Shown piece by piece: positions 60,029-64,000 of a DNA stretch of 64,000 bases (its first letter is position 1; the number at the start of each line of letters is the position of its first letter). Source of the stretch: Anaerohalosphaeraceae bacterium (GTDB lineage Bacteria; Planctomycetota; Phycisphaerae; Sedimentisphaerales; Anaerohalosphaeraceae); contig JBNRMN010000020.1 in assembly GCA_050309605.1 (NCBI GenBank), positions 64,001 through 128,000 of the forward strand. Direction: 5' to 3'. Below the pieces are notes generated by a model that saw only the letters and a program-made list of their open reading frames with translations, ran no database searches and had not been told where the DNA came from. A program made the translations under genes and the position numbers.

Positions 60029-60657
60029 GTACGCACGAACAGACTTACGTTCCGCGGCAGGCCTATGACCTGCTTAAGTCGATTCTGCTGGGACTGGTGA
60101 TTTTGGCGGCGGGGGTGGTCATCGGTTCGGGAGTGACGTTTCTTATCCTCTCCCATCAGCAAGAGCGTGTCCGTCGGGAGCCTGAGATTTTTGCTGAGCA
60201 TCTTCTGGGCCGGCTTGGACGCGAGCTAAATCTTTCTGCCCAACAGCGAGAACGGCTCGATCCCATCCTTCGTGAGCACTTCAAAACACTTCACGATATT
60301 CGCGCATCCGTACGCCCCCGGATTGTCAGCCAGCTTGAAGAGCTTGACCGCGAAATCATGTCCGTTCTTGATGAACATCAAAAGACGCTCTGGCAGCAGC
60401 AAATCCGGCGTCTTGAAGACCATTTTCCGACTTTCCGTGGTCCCGGTCGCGGTATGGGTCCCGGACCGCAAGACGGCCGCGGACCTGTCCAGCGAGAGCC
60501 GCAGGAACGACGCGGGCCGGGGATGCGCCCCGGCGGCATGGGACAGGGTCAGGGGCAACGGCAGCCATCCGGTATGGGGATGCGCCGCGGCGAACGATCG
60601 GAACAGCCGGAGCCGAATGATCCTCACCCGACACCGCCCGATACACTGGAATTATAA
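60025..60657 (+). CDS. Membrane-anchored Spy/CpxP-like periplasmic protein
   Basis: TM; ELNLSAQQRE and VLDEHQK (LTxxQ-like); Gly/Met/Arg-rich tail. Confidence 0.75.
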   Translation: MSTHEQTYVPRQAYDLLKSILLGLVILAAGVVIGSGVTFLILSHQQERVRREPEIFAEHLLGRLGRELNLSAQQRERLDPILREHFKTLHDIRASVRPRIVSQLEELDREIMSVLDEHQKTLWQQQIRRLEDHFPTFRGPGRGMGPGPQDGRGPVQREPQERRGPGMRPGGMGQGQGQRQPSGMGMRRGERSEQPEPNDPHPTPPDTLEL

Positions 60658-60661
60658 CAAC

Positions 60662-61591
60662 CTAATCCCGCGCCGGCTGCTCGTGCTGTTCGGCTATGAA
60701 TTCGATGATTTCAGCCCAGATTGACTGATACAGGGCAAGATTATCAAAGAACCCTTCGTTGTGGGTGCCCTTCAGTTCAAAAAAACGCTTGGGGTCATTT
60801 GCAGCCTCAAACAGACGGCGGCCCATATCAAAAGGAATCATTTCATCGTCAGGGCTGTGGATGACAACCACGGGGCAGGTGACGGCCTGAATCGCTTGTT
60901 CGGTGTTGTAGGTATAACGGGCAAACCACCGCACCGGCAGCCAGGGATAGAAGTGCGAACCGACATCTACAAACGAGGTAAAGGCACTTTCGATGACCAG
61001 AGCGGCCGGCGGCGTTTCGGTCAGACGTGCCGCCGCTTGGGCTGCGACCGCCCCGCCGAGCGAACGACCAAACCAAAGGATAGATTCCGAGGAGATTTGT
61101 TTTTCTTCGATCAGCCAGCGGTATGCGGCCAGCGCATCAATGACAGTGCCTTCTTCGGTGGGCGTACCGGTGCTTTGTCCGTAGCCGCGGTAGTCAAAAA
61201 TCAGGCAATTCAGCCTCGACTCGTAAAAAATCGCCAGGGTATCGAGGCGGTGGCCGATGTTGCCGGCGTTGCCGTGGCAAAACAGAACCGTCCCTTCGGC
61301 GTTTTGGGCGGGGATATACCAGGCCGCAAGATGTTCGCCGTCGGGTGTGGCAATCCGCACGTCTTCATAGTCCAACCGGATGTCGGCGGGGGTTGATTCG
61401 ACGTGACGCCATGGGATGTACAGAAGTTTATGCTGAAAAACAAACAGCAAAATCGCCAATGTCAGATAGACCGCCAGCGCAAGGCCGCCTATAAACCAAA
61501 CCGTCGTCATCGCTGACCCTTTCCGCAGCCGCTGCCGGACAAGCCAGACGAGCATAGCCGCGATCAACAGCCACAAGATTGCCCGAACCAT
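60662..61591 (-). CDS. Membrane-anchored alpha/beta hydrolase (ABHD13/Bem46-like)
   Basis: CHGNAGN, DYRGYG, GRSLGG, HSPDDE, GTHN. Confidence 0.9.
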   Translation of the reverse strand: MVRAILWLLIAAMLVWLVRQRLRKGSAMTTVWFIGGLALAVYLTLAILLFVFQHKLLYIPWRHVESTPADIRLDYEDVRIATPDGEHLAAWYIPAQNAEGTVLFCHGNAGNIGHRLDTLAIFYESRLNCLIFDYRGYGQSTGTPTEEGTVIDALAAYRWLIEEKQISSESILWFGRSLGGAVAAQAAARLTETPPAALVIESAFTSFVDVGSHFYPWLPVRWFARYTYNTEQAIQAVTCPVVVIHSPDDEMIPFDMGRRLFEAANDPKRFFELKGTHNEGFFDNLALYQSIWAEIIEFIAEQHEQPARD

Positions 61592-61751
61592 CTCAAAATC
61601 CCTTTTCTGTATCGCCAATTTGCCTCATTGTAGTATGCCGCTGTCGCAATCGCAAGGCGGAAGTGTGGGGCCGCCCTTCGGAGCGACAACAGCGTGGCAC
61701 AACAGCGCGGCGGCGCGAGCCGCCCGATGAGGCGTAACGTCGTAGGTGTCG

Positions 61752-61820
61752 CTATCCGGCTCACTTACGCGGCTCGGCTATTGGACTCAGTACTATCCGG
61801 CTCACTTGCGCGGCTCGGCT
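61752..61820. repeat. 28-bp direct repeat x2, REP-like
   Basis: CTATCCGGCTCACTTRCGCGGCTCGGCT at 61752-61779 and 61793-61820, one mismatch. Confidence 0.85.
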
Positions 61821-61842
61821 TTTGCTTAGAGTATTGCCCTTC

Positions 61843-61871
61843 TTGAAAAGGCGGGCAGTTGGGGTTATAAT
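61843..61871 (+). promoter_or_regulatory. Sigma70 promoter of ispG
   Basis: TTGAAA-N17-TATAAT, 9 bp before the ATG. Confidence 0.75.
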
Positions 61872-61880
61872 CCAGAAACT

Positions 61881-62951
61881 ATGATCGAACGACGACAAAC
61901 AAAAACGGTACGTATCGGCACAGTGCAGGTGGGCAGCGGCCACCCGGTGGCGGTGCAGTCGATGACCAAGGTACTGACCACAGACGTTGCAGCCTGTATG
62001 CGGCAGATTAAACGCCTGGCGGCGGCCGGCTGCGCCTTGGTTCGGGTCGCCGTGCCGACACGGGCCGATACGCAGGCATTTGCAAAAATTGTCGAAAAAT
62101 CGCCTGTTCCGCTTGTGGCGGATATTCATTTTGCCCCGCAGCGCGCCATCGAGGCACTGGAAGCCGGAGCGGCCAAGATTCGGCTGAATCCCGGCAATAT
62201 CAAAGATCCCGAAGATATTCGGCGCATCATTGACTGCGCCAAACGACACGGTGCGGCAATACGAATCGGGGTCAATGAGGCCAGCATCCGCGATCTGAAA
62301 CACACGGATGTGCGGCAGGATCAGCGCGTCAGCCTGATGGTAAGCGAAATGAAAACGTATGTGCGATTTTTCGAGAAGGCCGGCTTTGACCGTATCGTCC
62401 TCAGCGCCAAAAGCGCCGATACGATGCGAACCATTGACGTTAATCGCGCTATTGCCCAATCGTTTGACTATCCCATTCATATCGGACTGACCCACGCGGG
62501 ACTGGCCGAGGATGCACGGACGCCGTCGGCGGTGGCCATCGGAACGCTGCTGGCCGAGGGCATCGGCGATACGATTCGCGTAAGCATCGCCGGTGATCCG
62601 GTGCAGGAAGCCCGGCTCGGAAGTGACATTTTAGCGTCGCTTGGACTGGCCCAAAAACACGGTCCGGAGTTGGTGGTCTGCCCGACCTGCGGACGCTGTG
62701 AAGTGGACGTAACCGGCCTGGCGCGGAAGGTACGCAAACTGCTGAGAACACTCGATACACCCGTGCGCGTCGCGGTGATGGGCTGTATCGTCAACGGTCC
62801 GGGCGAAGCGGCGGACGCCGACGTTGCGGTTTGTGCGGCCAAAGGCAAAGGCTTTCTCTATCGCCGCGGAAAACGGATCGCCGCGGTGGCTGAGGCCGAC
62901 CTGCTGGATGTGCTGCGCCGGGAAATCACCGCTGAAACATCAGAGGTCTGA
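61881..62951 (+). CDS. ispG: (E)-4-hydroxy-3-methylbut-2-enyl-diphosphate synthase
   Basis: VAVQSMT, LVADIHF, RLNPGN, GIGDTIRVS, CPTCGR, AVMGCIVNGPGEA. Confidence 0.96.
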   Translation: MIERRQTKTVRIGTVQVGSGHPVAVQSMTKVLTTDVAACMRQIKRLAAAGCALVRVAVPTRADTQAFAKIVEKSPVPLVADIHFAPQRAIEALEAGAAKIRLNPGNIKDPEDIRRIIDCAKRHGAAIRIGVNEASIRDLKHTDVRQDQRVSLMVSEMKTYVRFFEKAGFDRIVLSAKSADTMRTIDVNRAIAQSFDYPIHIGLTHAGLAEDARTPSAVAIGTLLAEGIGDTIRVSIAGDPVQEARLGSDILASLGLAQKHGPELVVCPTCGRCEVDVTGLARKVRKLLRTLDTPVRVAVMGCIVNGPGEAADADVAVCAAKGKGFLYRRGKRIAAVAEADLLDVLRREITAETSEV

Positions 62952-62987
62952 ACATCGAAACAACCGGAATAGGCCGTTTGATGGTGG

Positions 62988-63923
62988 TCAGGCAATCGCC
63001 AGTACCGCGGCCAGGGAACCGATCGACAGGACCGAGCTGATCACGATGATGTCAGCGGCCAGGCCGGAATCGCTGTCAATCTGATCGGCCAGCACCAGCG
63101 AGGAGACCGCCGTGGGAACGGCCAGCAATATCAAGACCACATGCATCTGACCGGTATCCAGCCCCAAGGCTTTTCCCGCCAGATAGCCGGCCAATGGACC
63201 GACTCCGATCTTTATGGCGGTGGACCAGAGGGCTGCCGGTGAAAAAACGCCGCTTTTTCTGCCGGTGATCATCGCGCCGGTGGCGATCAAGGCCAGGGGC
63301 AACGCCATCTGGGCCGTGGCGTCAAACGCACGCTGAATCGCCCAGGGCATATGAAATCCTGCAGCACCCCAGCACAAACCGGCAACACAGGCGAGTATGA
63401 ACGGGTTGGTGATGAGACGTCGTGCAATTTTGCGAGGCGCGGTTTTGTCGAGCTTGTGGTGTCCCAGCAGCAGAACAATCACTGAAGCGACCAGGTAAAA
63501 CGGCATAATCATCGCCAACACAAGCACGGCAAGCTGGGTGGTCTGCGACGCATCCACGCCGGGCAAATCAGCCACACTGTAGGCCAAAACGGGCAGCCCG
63601 ACATAGACGGTATTGCCGTGAAATGTGCCCTGGACGAAAGCGCCGACACTTGGGCCGGATAGTTTCAGGGCGGCAGCAGCCCAATAGGCCACGACAATAC
63701 ACACCGAGATGGCAATAAACATCGCGAAAAACGGGGTCGCGGCCCGCCCCAGATCGTATGCGGCGGTGGCCACCTCGATGAACAACAGTGCCGGCAGGCC
63801 CACCCAATAGACCAGTTTGTTGATCCCGCCGACCAGATCGCCGGTCAGGAAATTGCTTTTGCGCAGGACAAATCCCAGACCGATTAAAAGAAATACCGGT
63901 ACCAATGTATTGACCAGATGCAT
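62988..63923 (-). CDS. AEC (auxin efflux carrier) family transporter
   Basis: PVFLLIGLG, LVYWVGLPALLF, GNTVYVGLP, NPFILA, PTAV; about 10 TM. Confidence 0.9.
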   Translation of the reverse strand: MHLVNTLVPVFLLIGLGFVLRKSNFLTGDLVGGINKLVYWVGLPALLFIEVATAAYDLGRAATPFFAMFIAISVCIVVAYWAAAALKLSGPSVGAFVQGTFHGNTVYVGLPVLAYSVADLPGVDASQTTQLAVLVLAMIMPFYLVASVIVLLLGHHKLDKTAPRKIARRLITNPFILACVAGLCWGAAGFHMPWAIQRAFDATAQMALPLALIATGAMITGRKSGVFSPAALWSTAIKIGVGPLAGYLAGKALGLDTGQMHVVLILLAVPTAVSSLVLADQIDSDSGLAADIIVISSVLSIGSLAAVLAIA

Positions 63924-64000
63924 CACAGACACCCTGCAAATTAAGATTATTTTCTTAGCCATAGCCCCCCGGCCCGACAGGCTGTTCCAATGCGTGTTTA

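Noticed and set aside
61752..61820. CRISPR array
   Set aside because: Only two repeats, a 13-bp spacer and no cas genes.

Overview
GC-rich bacterial chromosomal window, probably a Planctomycetota/Phycisphaerae (Sedimentisphaerales-like) anaerobe; this is inferred from protein families only. Left to right: a GldA/F/G-type ABC exporter operon (-, truncated at the left edge); a ~4300-aa secreted subtilisin/beta-helix/Gly-rich surface protein (-); aroA, a DUF4914 gene and an Rrf2 regulator (+); a 3-keto-glycoside-type breakdown gene set; an L-rhamnose cluster (-); a GAF-GGDEF cyclase; a GH2; a GT2 and a Kdo/WaaP-like kinase. Then comes a sigma54-driven operon with a sharply reduced flagellar gene set (fliL, fliM, fliN, flhA, fliA, flgM-like; no fliOPQR, flhB, flhF or flhG) mixed with TPR, lipoprotein and small unknown genes. 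After that: FetAB-like ABC genes, a second sigma54 activator, an ECF sigma/anti-sigma module with two low-complexity secreted proteins sharing a duplicated promoter, an alpha/beta hydrolase, ispG and an AEC transporter. Best candidate for an undescribed system: the reduced flagellum-derived module, plus sigma28-like promoters in front of flgM, the cyclase and the giant surface protease, suggesting a repurposed sigma54->sigma28 cascade. No rRNA, tRNA, CRISPR array or transposase was recognised. All family calls are motif recognition by eye, not database searches.
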